Counted from the first letter of the stretch, positions 28,370-47,138 are shown. The stretch: 64,000 nucleotides of DNA from Eledone cirrhosa (GCA_964016885.1 OZ024741.1:379626001-379690000); one strand, 5' to 3'. Translations and numbers: made by a program. Notes: generated from the sequence alone by a model not told the origin.

Positions 28370-30025
28370 TTTTACTCTTTTACCTGTACCAGCCATCCGG
28401 CTGAGGCCATTCCAGAGCACCGCCCTTGTTGCTACACATTTTATCTCCAGCCTGTATTGGTTGGCCACTGGTGCACGAGGGAGATTGCTGCTGCAGCCCT
28501 TAGGTTTCCCTCGTGCCTCAGCTCTTAGGTTTCCCTCATCCGCAATCCTAGATAGCCCGGTGTCGAGATGTTTCTTGAAGACATCTACATCCACACCATG
28601 CAGATCTATCAGATCCCTCGGCAGCTTGTTGAAGAGTTGAGGGCCCTTGAACCCCAGGCTATTGCATTATCTGCTCCTTGTTCTAGATGTGGAAGACGGA
28701 ACCCTTGGCACCACACAGTGGCGTCCTGTTCGGCGGTTGGTCCAGCTCCCAATGCCAAAGTTTGGTGCTAGACAATCCAGGATTTTCCACATGAAGGACA
28801 CTGCGTATCTCTCCCAGCTTCGTTTGAAGGAGTAGAGGTTCAGTTTGTTTAGCCTCTCCCAGTAGCTTATCTCCTTCATCGTGGCAATCCACTTAGTGTA
28901 GCTTCGCTGGATTCTTTCAACCTCCGTGGTTAGTTTGAAACTATGGGATGACCACAACTGGGAGTAATAGTCCAGGCGGCTTAGGACGAATGTCCTCCAT
29001 AGTGTTAACATGGTGTCTCGGTCTCTTGTCCGGAAAGTCCTCAAGATCCAACCAGCGAGTCGTCTGCGCATTGTCCCCACTTTCATGATGTGTGAGGTAA
29101 AAGATGCATCGTCGCTCATGTCTGTACCCATGTCTCGTATCGTTTTCGACACGGGGATATCGGTCCCTCCTCGTCCGACGTAACTGTGTTGTACTATATT
29201 AGTGTTTGCAGGTTTGTATAGTAGGGCTTGGAACTTGCCAGCATTAAACTGCATGTTGTTGTTTTCCGCCTATTTGTATATGGCATCCAGATTTTGTTGT
29301 AAAAGGGCAGCGTCAGTAGGGTTCTTGAATGCCTGTGCTACTTTAGTGTCATAGTTAGGGATGTTGTATGTACTACAGAGGTCATGTCTGAGAGAGCCAC
29401 CAAAACCAGTAGTGGTCCCAGGACTGCGCTTTGGGGCACCCCACTTGTTATTGATGTTTCCTTTGAGAGGGCCCCGTTTGCTGCGACTGTCTGGCTTCTG
29501 CCTTTAAGAGGTCATGCAGCCAGTCACCTACTTTTGCTGTTATGCCAAGTTGGTGTAGTTTGTGACATACTGTTCCGTGGTAGACCTTGTCAAAGGCCTT
29601 CGCAAAGTCAAGATATATCACGTCCACATGTGCGCTGTCTAGCAGTTGTTTCAGTACCCAGTCGTAGTGAGGCAGCAGCTTTGTAAGGCATCTTTTTCCT
29701 GGGCGAAAGCCATGCTGTGTGCTAGACTGGCGGTTATTTTCCCCGAGGAAAGTGATCAGTTTCTTTCTGATAATTCGCTCCATGACCTAATTGATATGTG
29801 ACGTCAGGGAGACTGGCCGTTAATGTTTCGCCTCCGATCTGCTACCTCCTTTATCGATAGGGTATATTGTGCATTATTTCAGCTCCCTGTGTAGTATACC
29901 GCTAGCCAAGGAGCTTCTGAAAAGCGTCATCAGTGGAGGTGCTAAGACCTGCATAAATTTTAAGAGGAGTGCTGGGAATCCATTAGGTCCAGCAGCTGAG
30001 TCTGTTCTAATTTCATCTATGGCGT
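28370..30025 (-). mobile_element. CR1-clade LINE RT region, decayed
   Basis: SAAGPNG, QHGFRPGKRC, DVIYLDFAKAFDKV, MQFNAGKFQ, FVLSRLDYYSQLWS, ERIQR, SYWERL..LNLYS. Confidence 0.8.
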
Positions 30026-30138
30026 ATACCACATATATACATATATCTATATATGTGTATGTGTGTGTATATGTATATATAGCCGCCATGGGCTGGGGTT
30101 TGGATTCTGTCGATCGATTGGTTATTAGTTCGGCGATA

Positions 30139-30251
30139 CCGGCTGATGAAGCCACATGCGCCGATTATGCATTGTTGCACAATATACATGCAGAGAGAGG
30201 GCGCAATGCACCGTTCTGCTGCATTAAGTGTGGCCGGAACTTGAGTCTGGG
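30139..30251 (+). ncRNA. Degenerate hammerhead motif (family d) with long branched stem II
   Basis: CTGATGA-gccacat..gtgtggc-GGAA-cttgag-TC; stem I imperfect and GAAA changed to GGAA. Confidence 0.4.
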
Positions 30252-30812
30252 AATTATTATAGGCACCCGTTTTACGTGTGTTGTATTGAAGCGAATATCT
30301 ACGTGTATACTCTGGGAATGTATCATACATTACCTATTTAGTACGCTGAGATAGAACCGGTCCTGGCATTGCTAAATATGCTGGGTCCGTCAACTCCTTA
30401 TTATATATATATATATATATATATAACAAATAAATTGTGGTAAGGAACCAGATGGACCATAACGCACCAAGGTACTCAATACTTAGTCCATAAATAGCAG
30501 TCGAAACGGCTTGACCTCTGCCGTCGGGGTCATACGTTTTCATATATATATATAAAGAATGAAACGAAATTTCATTTCTCACTCTTAGTACGGCTGCTAC
30601 ATAAATATGAGTATGTATACGTACATACATATATGTGTACAGATGTACAGTAGTATGGATATATATACAGAGATGCACACATATATATATGTACGTATGG
30701 GTTTCCCGAACATTTATTATAATGTTCGGTTTGTTTGTAAACAATCAGCCAGATTTAGGTTGTACAGTGCTCGGCAACCATCGTCGCCCTTTTGTTCAAC
30801 ACTGACACAGGA

Positions 30813-30855
30813 ACGATGTACTAGTTTCAAGCATATTAGCTTTCGTCAGCATCGT
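30813..30855 (-). ncRNA. Type I minimal hammerhead (family e), canonical
   Basis: acgatg-CTGACGA-aagc taatat gctt-GAAA-ctag-TA-catcgt. Confidence 0.85.
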
Positions 30856-31099
30856 ATACCTTTCTGTCAGATGATTGAACGTTTGAAAGTATATACTTTC
30901 CGTATGCATATTAACGCCTGAGCAGCCTAATTTGCATATCGAGTGAGTTAGCCGGCCGGGTGTACAGACATAAACATAGACACGCACACGCACATACACA
31001 CACCTGTCCGTACAAAGAGGATCAAAGACAGACACGCTTCCAAACACACAGATACACACACATCCACATATATCTATATATATATAAATATATAAGTTA

Positions 31100-31872
31100 G
31101 TACAGTGCGTTCCGCCGTCGAACAAATCCCACAAGATTTTCACCCGCCACACGGTGAAGTTTTCCTTCTCCACAGCACCTAAAATGACCGACTACATGGC
31201 CAAAACCATCGTGGTAAAGATGGGGAACTTCGACCGTCAACCGTTGCACAAGAACGACCGTCTGTCGGAGCGTGGAGGACCCTTCGGGGACCGGCCTTCA
31301 AATAGCAACCCGGCTCCCGAGGCGACCGCCACGCCCGCGGAAGGCGATACAATCCAACGCGAGTGGCAAGTGGGTGATCACCGTACCGGTGGATCAACAC
31401 CCTGAGAGTCGTGAGAGGGCCAGGCGTACGAAGCGAACAATATAACAACAGAACTTGCAACTGTAGAGCGGGCACCCAGTCCCTCCTACAGGGAAAATTC
31501 CTGACGAGCGCCTGGTATACAAATGTGTGGTTAACACCTACAATGTAAAGCGCACCTACATCGGCGCAACATCGACGACCTTTAAATGGCGGATGTAAAA
31601 CCACACAAACTCTTTTAAGAACCATAGTAAGAGGTACTCTACTAGGCTGGCGGACCTGGTGTGGGACCTGAAAGACAAAGGCACCCCGTAACGTTCGGCA
31701 CGCGAATGCATACTCGGCTGGAAGTAGAAAATGTAGTCTATGCCTATACGAGGCCATGGAATTATCGAAACTGAAGGATGACGCGGTCAACCTGAATTCA
31801 GAAATTATGACCTGCAGACACAAGAGAAGATGCACACTCTCCACATGGAATCCTCCTGGACACCCAGTATAA
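31100..31872 (+). pseudogene. PLE GIY-YIG endonuclease remnant
   Basis: Frameshifted TCNCRAG.., LVYKC, TYIGATSTTFKWR, KCSLCLYE, LNSEIMTCRH. Confidence 0.65.
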
Positions 31873-32373
31873 AGGCATGCGGCGGAGCACGCGCCGACCA
31901 GAGCGACGAAAAGGGTTCAGGTCATCAAACACCATACCCTGATGACATTATATGCCCCGTGGGGTAAACCAAAATAACCCAAGATGCATACCCGAGTCTG
32001 GACGTCACCATAGGCAGGAAGATCGCCTGAGCCGAGAGAGGTTGACCCGGATTCCACGGTCGCTCAGTCAGGTACCTTGCACCTATAGGACAACACACCT
32101 CAACCACAGTGGCAGACCCCAATATGACCGGGCTACGCGCAATCATGAATACATACTCTCCACGTGTTCCATTTTGGAACACATATTATTTGTCCCATAC
32201 ACAGAACTAAGTGTGCGTCTTATACTCCCCATATGTACTATATCACACACATATATCACACACCTTCTCCTTTCTCCTCTTTTATATATCTCTATGTGAC
32301 GTTATATGCATATTTTACTATATTGTATATGTATTTTATTGTTTTTGTGTGTGTGTATGCGTAGGCGTGTGTG

Positions 32374-32796
<423 letters not shown>

Positions 32797-32919
32797 ATAT
32801 AATTGTTCTGCATCCCCCTGCATAGAACCACAAAGGTACTAAGACATACCATATATATTTGCTAGCATGGGTATACATCTGTATGCATATGTTGTTACAT
32901 ATACTAATTATATATATAT

Positions 32920-33324
32920 ATATATATTGGTAAAAGGGATAGAAAATGCTGACAAATTGTTCACAGTTGAAAATGGTTTAATTAGGAATAAAAGAGTATT
33001 AGTAATTGTATGGGTTAGTATTCAGTTGTGGTTTTAAGTTTTTAAGTTTTTACCGGTTGCGCATTTCTAAATGCTTTTCAAAAATAATTTTGAGACAGAG
33101 TGTCCGTGCTGTTTGCTCTGATCAGAGCAAACAGCACGGACACTCTGTCTCAAAATTATTTTTGAAAAGCATTTAGAAATGCGCAACCGGTAAAAACTTA
33201 AAAACTTAAAACCACAACTGAATACTAACCCATACAATTACTAATACTCTTTTATTCCTAATTAAACCATTTTTCAACTGTGAACAATTTGTCAGCATTT
33301 TCTATTCTGTTTACCAATATATAA
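32920..33324. repeat. Spacerless ~400-bp palindrome centred at 33121/33122
   Basis: Arms of ~185 bp appear identical apart from a 1-nt indel; centre is CTCTGATCAGAG. Confidence 0.95.
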
Positions 33325-33352
33325 TAACTTGTGTGTTACACCTCTATTCTTT

Positions 33353-35835
<2,483 letters not shown>

Positions 35836-36192
35836 TATTACTTCAAGTATAAACTACATAGAAACAACCGCGAACTCGTATCATCACTCTGGAAACATCT
35901 TGTTGAGTCAAACTAAGCCACACGTTAATACTATCCACTACAAGAACTACTCCAACTGGACTACATCTAAGTGGACTGACATAACGATATCCTGTTGTCC
36001 CGTATATATATATATATATATATTGTTATACTTTGGGAGGGTCATGTTGCCAATAAGAAACACACGCACCAGTTGTTTCACTTCAATTTATTATATATTT
36101 ATAAATTTATAAATTTACAAATCTACAAACTTATAAACTTATAAATTTCTGGTTGGTTGGTTGGTTCCACAACCAGATAGTTGTTTATATAT

Positions 36193-36237
36193 AGTCATAG
36201 TCCTTTCGTCACACACTATGTGACCTCTTCAGTGACT
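36193..36237 (-). ncRNA. Type I hammerhead (family i), canonical core, 3' of the PLE ORF
   Basis: agtca-CTGAAGA-gtcaca/tgtgac-GAAA-ggac-TA-tgact. Confidence 0.75.
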
Positions 36238-36534
36238 GGGGATTTCTTTCTTTGTTTCTGTGCCTTTCCTTTCTTCTATCCTACGCCATTTTGTTTCTGT
36301 GTGTGTGTTGTGTGCTAAGTTTGCGCATGCGCCACATCCGGGTGTCTGTGTGTGTTTGTGTTCATTTATCTATTTGTTTATTTATTTATTTATTGTTGGT
36401 TGGTTGTTTGTTCTATGTGTGTGTGTGTTTTCATTTTGTCCTGTGTGTGTTTTCATTTTGTCCTTAATTGTAAGTTGTTTGTTCTATGTGTGTGTGTGTT
36501 TTCATTTTGTCCTGTGTGTGTTTTCATTTTGTCC

Positions 36535-39237
36535 TTAATTGTAAGTTGTGATGTTGCTGTTCCACTCATATTTTCTATTTAATTTTGGTTTTAATTCTTT
36601 TATGCTTACTGCCTCTGTAATTTGCCTAAACATTGCATCTTTTCTCTGTGTGGATTCTATTTTTATTTCTATGTTCTCTAATCTACCCCTGTGTTCTATC
36701 TTAGCATGTTGGTAGAGCACAGATGATTCTTTATTATCTTGAAGGTCTCGCCAGTGTTCATTTATTTGTTCCCCTATACTACGAGCTGTCTCACCTATGT
36801 ACACTATATTTTTGTTTCTACATTGTCCTTCAGTACATCTTATGCTATACACTACATTTCTAGTTTTACAGTTAATATGGGGGCTTATTTTACAGGTTAT
36901 ACATTTCTTATCTATACATGAGGGTCTTTGGAACGGGTATGTCTTGCTAATAAGTGTTTTTACAGAGGTACCAGGTCTTTCTACTATCTTAATATTGAGT
37001 TTATGTTTATTTAGGGCCCTTCTAAATTTGTAGGCTAGTTCGCCTCTCGGGGTTGTATTGATGAACATTACACTCTGGTATTTATTGCTATCATAGCATG
37101 AATTTATTCTATTGGCCTTGTTCCTAGTTCTTTCCATTCTATTCCAAAATGTGCTCCTATACAAGGGGCAGGTCCCATTTATGTCATTATTTCCCATTTT
37201 TTCCCATTTGGTTCTGGCTCCTTTATACACTATGATTCTATCTCTCTGATTGTAGCCAGAGAACTGCATACGGTGGATGAAGTGTTGTATGTGTCTCTCT
37301 AGTTCTTCGGGGTTGCACATGCGGGACACATTTCTCATCACCCGTACCAAATCCGCAATCAGTATGTTGATTTTGGTATGGTCCGAAATGGCCGAGTTTC
37401 GGTGGATCAGATGTTTGGAAGTCATGGGTTTGGCATAATGGGAATGGAGGATTTGTTTTTGGTTGTTAATGGTATCTAACCAGAGCTCTGTGTCTAGTAC
37501 AGGTAATCGATGGTTGGGGATGTCTACTTGGGTAGTCTATAGTAACTCTAATGCTCTGGTGGATGGAGTTTGCTATTTGCTGGATGCTTTCCATTGTGTT
37601 TTTCTCTAGTTCCTGACTGTTCTTTAGTGGGGGTGTCTTAACTACGATGTTTATATCCTCTACGTAGCGGGAGTACATTATCAGGGTTAAGCTGTCTTCT
37701 AATTGTTCTTTAAGTTTTTGTTTAAGTCTACAGTCCCACAATACCATGAATAAGTTAGCTATGTCGCCTGCAATGCTAACACCAATGGCTGCTCCTTCCT
37801 CTTGGGCATATGTTTTACCATTAAATTTGAACATATGTTCCTTAAGGGTTAATTTTATGCTGGCCCCTACCGCATGTGCAATCATTTTCTTCAGTTCATC
37901 GTGGTTTTCGGGTGTCCGTATGGCTCTGGTCCACCCGTTCCATCTATCTGTGTGGGTTTTCTTGGCCATTGAGGTAATGGTAGGTGGTCTGCCTCTTGCT
38001 GGTCTTGTAGGGCACAGGTTGCTAAGGTCATAAGTGTCTAGGTAACTATTACTATGGGTAAGCTTAAGTAGAAGTCCCAGCTCACTGGTATCAATGCCAC
38101 GGAACTCAACCTTGCTCTCGCTGATCATTTCTACGCATTTCTCCACAGCAAAATCCACGTCAATCGATGGATACAGGGACACAACATCCATACTGCCTAT
38201 TATGCAGTTTGTTAGGTCCCCAGATCGGTTACCCGCGCCGATTCTGCTGAGGAGGTCCTCCGTGCTGTCACATACATCTGGGGACATCTCAATAATGGGG
38301 CGTATGATCAGGGAGAGGAAGTAGGACAGTCTGTAGTTACTAGCAATGTTAGCCCTACAGACTGGCCGTGTTGGTGGTCCCGCGACAGGGTCCCAGCCCG
38401 TTTTATGGTCTTTTCGAAGCCCATACAACGCCGGCACGTCATTGTTCCAGGCCTGGAAGTTGTTGGCAGTCCTTTTGTTGGGCTGCATTATATTCGTCCA
38501 CATCACCATATGGGCATTGAGGGCTTTTTCTCTATCCTCATGCTTCTGTGGTGTTACCTCTCTTGTGTTAGTGATGTGGGGTTGCATTACCTGCATGTAG
38601 TTTGGCAGGCTGTCAACCGACATTCTGCCTGACTTGTCTGTTGGAAAACATGCTATTCTCCATTACGCGAGCGCTGCATGAGTTTACGCAAGCCATTTGC
38701 AGATTTTTCTCCCAGTTGCTGGGCCTCTATTCTATTATGCTTCTTGCTATACTGTTCTATAATATTTCTAAGTTCGGATTTAGCTATACTAAATTGTGCT
38801 TCTGTTTGTTCTTCGACCTGCGACGGCAACTGCGTGCGTTTGTTAAATGGCAAAGTCGTGGCGTGGACTCGTCGCAGGTCGAATGATTTATCGGAGGGAT
38901 TATAAAACGGAGAGTTCCAGGCTGCTGCTTTATGTGTACTAGTGCTATTGTTATTGTTAGTTGTGTTGTTTCTATTTCTATTTCCACCAACAGCCTCATG
39001 GTTGTTTCTATGTCTCTCATAATTACTCCTGTCTCTTTCCACTGGTTCAATGTTGTTATCTACACTATTTTGTGTGTCTGTGTGTTCGTCTTGGTTATTC
39101 TCTTTGTCCTTAGTCTCCCATCTCCTTTTCCTTTTAATCCTATTACTTTCCCTTATTTCTCTGATTTCTGTGCTACTGTCATTACTTGTTTTCTGTGTCT
39201 GTGTGTTTGTTAAGATTGTGGTGGTGGTGAGAGGCAT
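36535..39237 (-). pseudogene. PLE RT + GIY-YIG ORF broken by at least two frameshifts
   Basis: PALYGLRKDHK, GSMDVVSLYPSI, QEEGAAIG, RYVEDI (second position of YVDD altered), CIDKKCITC, NVVYSIRC..VYIGETARS..EH. Confidence 0.85.
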
Positions 39238-39789
39238 TGAATGCGTATTATAAATATTATAAATATAAACATTGAATGCGTATTATAAATATATAATAAA
39301 TTGAAGTGAAACAACTGGTGCGTGTGTTTCTTATTGGCAACATGACCCTCCCAAAGTATAACAATATCGGTTTCAACACACGATTTCAGATAAAGAATCT
39401 TGCTAAACAAATTCAGTAACGAAATATCGTAAGCCTTAGCCAGGCTAACAAGATACTGAAAACCACCATGTTCTGTTGTCTACGAAAAACCATAACATCT
39501 CGACAACTACACTTCATAAAGCTGTGCACCACTTCTAGAATCTACACCAACACCATCAATACCGACGTTAGAAGATTACAACTCACCAAAAAACAAGCAG
39601 ATAGGCTAAAACGAACTTTAATTCTAAACATAAAAAAGAAGATCTATAGAGAATTAAGTCATCAAGAAAAACAAAAGCGTAACCTAATGCAAGAAATAGC
39701 TAAAATCACCACACCAACAGAAAAACTAATATTTATAAGCCTTATACGCCCCGATGTGAGAAAAACCACAGACCCTCCATCTCAACTCA

Positions 39790-39827
39790 CCTTTTGAAAA
39801 GCAGAAGAACTGCGAAACCGGTAAAGG
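39790..39827 (+). ncRNA. Minimal hammerhead (family g) with compensatory U3-A8 core
   Basis: cctt-TTGAAAA-gcag aagaa ctgc-GAAA-ccgg-TA-aagg. Confidence 0.7.
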
Positions 39828-39896
39828 AACCAAATAAATATATATATTTAAAAAAAAAATAAGACGTCAGTTGCATTTTCGATTTCATCCCTTTTT

Positions 39897-39963
<67 letters not shown>

Positions 39964-40955
39964 CTTATATATATATACATACACACATATTTGTATAATG
40001 CAAATTTAAGGAATGCAATATGTAATTACATATAATATATTCGTGTTGTTATTCCCATATTTAGATGCACACCGATTTTTCGAACAAGAGGAACATTTAG
40101 CGGAACCGAGAAACCAAAAATTAAAATATGTTTTGAATTCATTAAGTATATGGAATTATTTATGTTAATTGCTTTATGATGGATCACCTGCAGTTTGATT
40201 CATCTTTACATTCCAGATAAGGAATAATAAAATAAAAAGAACATATCAGTTTATGTTCAGCCTACAACTAAATTCCGATTCATTGTCCGTTGCATTTCCT
40301 TTTGAATTAGATTTTTCTTTAATAATGCAATTCTAAAACGGCGCAAATTTATTTTCATTAAAATATTATGCTTGACTCAGTGGATTAAGTTAAACACTAG
40401 AACTTGTCTTAACATTCTGAGTTCAAATCCTGCCAATGGCTCCTTGGTTTTTATCACTCAGTGTTCGATGATATAAAATATCAGTAATGAATTGGAGCGA
40501 TTCAATTGATTTCTCCAAGACTCACAATGCAGAAACACCTTTATTACTTGGTTCCACTACGTTAAATAATTCTAAGTAATTTCAGCAAACATTTCAGCTT
40601 TGTTGCAGCCTGTCTTAGATTTTCCTACCTTACAAATATATAGTTCACCGCGTTTTTCACATTGATATACTTACTAAAATATTTTAATGGTACAACTTAC
40701 ATCTCATTGGTGAATAGTTCCACCACCCAAATAATCGACATTAGGAGCTGAAATAATTCATAAATTTGCAAAGTAAGATTTGGTGTCAAAATATGACAAG
40801 CAAGCCTGGTATTATTTTACAATTCTGAATTGTATATGTATCCAAATTTTGCATACTTACTTAATATTAAGTATATAATTTCCATATGTCCCGTCTATGT
40901 CAGTTAACGACAGCAGATAGTAAAACCTAACGACATATGTCTATGTATCTATATA

Positions 40956-41013
<58 letters not shown>

Positions 41014-41045
41014 TATACATATATACATATAAATATATATATATT

Positions 41046-41103
<58 letters not shown>

Positions 41104-41168
41104 CACACACACACACACACCAATATATATATATACATATATATATATTATATTAATATGTATGTGTG

Positions 41169-41310
<142 letters not shown>

Positions 41311-41349
41311 GGTGTGTGTGCCATGTTTATTAATAAACTGATTGGGTAA

Positions 41350-42124
41350 TGAGATATATATATTGACAGAATTCTTAACTCCGTAAACTTCTTAACTGGT
41401 AGGAAGGTACAGTTGCAAAACGTATGCCTAGAAAGAAGGGGCAGCCATTGGCGTCAGCATTGTAGTTGACATAACTAAACTCTTTATGTTATGGTGGAAC
41501 AGAAGACTTAGATAACAATTGTTAACCCTGACTATGCTCTCCCGCTATAGTGATGACCTAAACATCGTAGTAAAAACACCCTCCAGATGGGTACAGTCAA
41601 GAATTACAAAAGAACAAGATGGACAGCGTCCACCAAATAGCTAACTCCATCCACCAGAATATTAAAGGTACCATAAAAAACACCCAAAATAGATTATTTG
41701 TACTAGACACAGAACTCTGGTTAGAAACTATTAATAATAAAACAAAAACCATCCATTCTCTTTATGCCAAGCCCATGACCACCAAGTATCTAATCCACCG
41801 AAACTGAGCTCTTTCGTATAACATGAAAATCAGCATACTGATTGAGGATTTAATAAAATCGATGTGTCCTGCATGTGCAATCCTAAGTAATTAGACAGAC
41901 ACATACAACCCTTCATCTACTGTATCCAGGTCTCTAGCTTCAATCAGAGAGACAAGGTCAGGGTATACAAGGAAGCCAGAACCAAATAAGCAAATATTTA
42001 AATAAATGTTGCCACATTTATAGGAACAAATTTTGGAATGTAATAGAAAGGAATAAGTAAAAGATAAATAAAATCAACTCATGGTATGATAGCCAAAAAT
42101 ACCAGATTAATATTTGTGAATGCA

Positions 42125-42135
<11 letters not shown>
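41350..42135 (+). pseudogene. Decayed PLE RT fragment related to 36535-39237
   Basis: QIANSIHQNI, VLDTELWL, YAKPMTTKYLIHRN match the element at 37400-37800. Confidence 0.75.
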
Positions 42136-43746
<1,611 letters not shown>

Positions 43747-43816
43747 TAGTTGAATAAATAAACAAAAAACAGAGAGGCAGTACAAATGTTTTTTTTTTGT
43801 TTCACGCTTGAGAGTT

Positions 43817-43855
<39 letters not shown>

Positions 43856-43882
43856 TGGTTACACAACAGTTAGTTCACCATA

Positions 43883-43922
43883 CCGAGAACAATTGTTTCA
43901 CCTTCGTGGATCTTCAGCTCGG
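43883..43922 (-). ncRNA. Minimal hammerhead (family k), canonical, inside a ~435-bp element with inverted ends (43853-44286)
   Basis: ccgag-CTGAAGA-tccacgaaggt-GAAA-caattg-TT-ctcgg. Confidence 0.8.
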
Positions 43923-44352
43923 GATATGTGTATGGTTATAGGAACAGGAAGGACAACCGTACGAATGCGCATGCGCAGAAACTCGGTCATTTCACACAGG
44001 CAATACTAGACTGCGTGCGGGAGTCCGGAAAGTTTTTAGATTGAAAATAAAATTTAAAAAAAATTAAAAATAAAATTACTAAGAATCAGTCCACAGCCTT
44101 GTAGTTATGTAATAGAGGTTTGGTGACGTGTGGACAACGTGTGAAAAATTCACTTGTCGTGTTTAGGCAATCACTATAGGCTCCGGACTGATTCTTAGTA
44201 ATTTTATTTTTTATTTTTTTAATTTTATTTTCAACCTAAACACTTTTGTTCTCGGTATGGGGAACTAATTGTTGTGTAACCACTTCTACCTAACTCGTCC
44301 CTTGGAGTGAGTGCTCTACCACTACGGATATTACCTTCCAGTGTTCCACCAT

Positions 44353-44386
<34 letters not shown>

Positions 44387-44404
44387 CATAGAGAGAGAGA
44401 GAGT

Positions 44405-44484
<80 letters not shown>

Positions 44485-44819
44485 TGGGAGTAAATAAATT
44501 GAGATAAACAATTAGAGGTGGCACAAAGAAAAGGAAGATATAATGATTGACGATGTCAGAGAATTATGACGAAATAACGTTGACAAACTAACAAATAATT
44601 AATAACTAAAGTGAAGTGAAAATCAAATAAACCGTGCTTTGCTAAAATTAGCAAGATGACCACTTTCAAATATACATTATCTCTCTATCTTTATTATGTT
44701 TACTAGCAGAAAAACCGCGATCGGGCGGATGTCTGCTAGCATATGTAGTGTGCATATTGGTATTATACGCAAATATATATGCATATAGATACATGTAAAT
44801 TGAAAAGTAAATTAACAAT

Positions 44820-45480
44820 ATCTTCTTCTTCACCCACTTATTTCTGAAAGGGTCGTGGTGGCAGATTCCTTCTCAAACACTCCTTCCAGCGAGTCTGTCA
44901 GTAACAAACATCTCTACAGATCTAGCTGGATCCCAAAGCGTGACCAGCCAAGCTCATGTATGTTATCTGACTATCTTGCTCAGGGTTAACCTCTGGTGTC
45001 TTGCCGGTTGGATTTCCCTGTAAAATGTGTCCAGCTATTCTTTACTGAGACATTCTAACCACAGGCTCATAATATCGGAGTTGTGATTCTCAATTCAGAG
45101 AAGTAGCGGCTCTACCAGGAGTAACACTCTAGTCTTTGAGTTATGCACTTTATCGAGTAATGTTACTCCAAAACCATTCGGAGCAATTCCATTTCTGCCA
45201 CTTTTATTTGCAATTGTATTCTTTTGGTCATTACTCAAGATTCATGACCCTCAATAATGGTTGACAGAAATACAAGGAAGACAGCGAGTTTGGATTTTAC
45301 ACTTACCCTCTTCTACTGACTTCTGAGGCTGGCGCTTTGTTGCATCAGCTTTTGCAATTATTGCACTTAATTCAGCCACCTGCATTCCACCACTCATGAA
45401 CACGGCTCCAAGATACTTGAACTTCTCTAACTGATTCAGTAGAACTCCATTCACATGTATATACATTTGAGGGATTTCTG
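44820..45480 (-). mobile_element. RTE-clade LINE 3' fragment
   Basis: VNGVLLNQLEKFKYLGAVFMSGG..ELSAIIAKA; (AAG)n tail at ~44820-44830. Confidence 0.6.
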
Positions 45481-45659
45481 TCAGCCGTCCATCACGCAAT
45501 GTGTATGTTTGTTTGAGTGAATGTATGTGTGTATAAAAGGGAGGAGAGGGATACACACATATATGTCTCTAACTTAAAAACAGTGACACACACACCCGAG
45601 TCTCTAATTTAAGAACGCCAACAAACTCATGCACGTGCACATATACACACTGTCTTATT

Positions 45660-46370
45660 ACCACTCAAGAGCTTTGGGCCGGGTAAACATCCCCTCAAGT
45701 TTGGAACCGTCTGGGTTGTCCTGAATTGATGAGAAACTTGACGGTCTTACTCTGCGCACCTGGTCAAGAGGCAGGCATGAGCATTACCTGGGACGTCACA
45801 GTTAGTGACTCTTTTGCTTCTTCCCACATTCTGGATGCAGAGGTAAGGGCGAGATAAACAGCATCCGTAGCTGAACGGAACAAAATCCTAAAATACCGTT
45901 TTCTGACAGCTAACTACATTATCCAGCCTGTGGCGTTCGAGAGGTTTGGGTGAGTCGGGCACTGACAGCCAGATCCTTATATTCACTGGCGGTTCGCCAA
46001 ACAGAGGTAGCTGGTGATGCTTGTGAGGGCACTTGGTTGTTCCAGCACTTCAGCCTCGCCATTACCCCAGATAACGCTGCGAGCGTGTTGGCCTGCCTCA
46101 AAAATTGTTAGAGAGGTTTCCCAGTGCTCTTCGCTATATTGCTACCTTTAGCTCTGGTAGATCGTTTTTCTATCCTTTCGTCTGCATTTTGTTCTATGGG
46201 GTCTAAGATGTGTGTATTACTTGCTCGTGTATTTTTTTCTTTCTTTTTTCCCTTCTCTTTCCTTTGTATATATTATATTTGTTTGTCTTTTCCTTCTGTA
46301 ACCTTTATATTAAATGAGTTTAAACAAAGAGTTAATAAATAAATAAGGAGTTAATAAATAAATAAAAAGT
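45660..46370 (+). mobile_element. CRE-like non-LTR element 3' fragment (REL endonuclease)
   Basis: Manual translation gives LEPSGLS..DGLTLRTWSRGR..ITWDVTVSDSFA..AERNKILKY..QPVAFE with stops; (TAAA)n tail. Confidence 0.6.
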
Positions 46371-46429
46371 TATACTTGTGTTAACATCCCATCTCCAATT
46401 AAACCGAGCGCTATGATGACTGTATGTGT

Positions 46430-46745
46430 GTGTTTATGTATATGTGTGAATGTATGTATGTTTGTGTAAATGTATATGTGTGAATGTATGTATGTTTGTG
46501 TGAAAGTGTGTGTGAATGTATGTGTATTGTGTGAAAGTATGTGTGAATGTATGTATATGTGTGTGAAAGTATGTGTGAATGTATGTATGTGAGTGTGAAA
46601 GTATATGGGAATGTATGTATGTTTGTGTAAATGTATAGGTGTGAATATATGTTTATTTGTGTGAAAGTATGTGTAAATGTATGCATATTTGTGTGAATGT
46701 CTGGATATTTCTGTGAAAGTTGGTGTATTTCTGTGAATTATGTCC
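46430..46745. repeat. Degenerate TGTGAA(A/T)GTA minisatellite
   Basis: Seen directly in the sequence. Confidence 0.8.
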
Positions 46746-47138
46746 GTGAGTGTATTTTTATAAGATTGTGTTTGCACGATTATAGTTATATACTCATACA
46801 TATAGATGTAATGTATGTGCACAATCATATGCGTCTGCGTGTAGAAAGTCATAATCTCTCTATCTCTCTCATAAAAAACTCTCTATTTCTATATATATGA
46901 TAGTTGAAGTACGATATACCGGAAGTGCAACTTTGAAAGGAAGTCAATTTTAAATTATTTATTTTTACGAAATTCTTTTTGTTTACGAAATGGTGTAGGT
47001 AAATTATGTAATATCCATTCATTATTTATTGAAAGTAATCCAAATTATTTTACAAACGGGATAAAAAAAAGACCGTACGCAATCCCGCAGACCTTCCTTT
47101 ATTATAGTTTAGACGTATAAATGCAAACACACATACTG

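Larger units (their letters stand above)
36020..39368 (-). mobile_element. Penelope-like element (second clade; Neptune/Nematis-like Cys linker) with ~88-bp inverted ends
   Basis: 36020-36105 is inverted at ~39283-39368; an RT + GIY-YIG coding region lies between them. Confidence 0.8.

Noticed and set aside
31938-31990. CTGATGA downstream of the PLE remnant
   Set aside because: No matching GAAA or stems found nearby.
39468-39797. 109-aa ORF as a host gene
   Set aside because: It is basic, sits directly before an HHR motif, and is most likely a PLE N-terminal fragment; there is no evidence of exon structure.
44545-44590. TTGACGA-gtca/tgac-GAAA hammerhead-like motif
   Set aside because: U3.G8 mismatch, with no stem I and no clear UH site.
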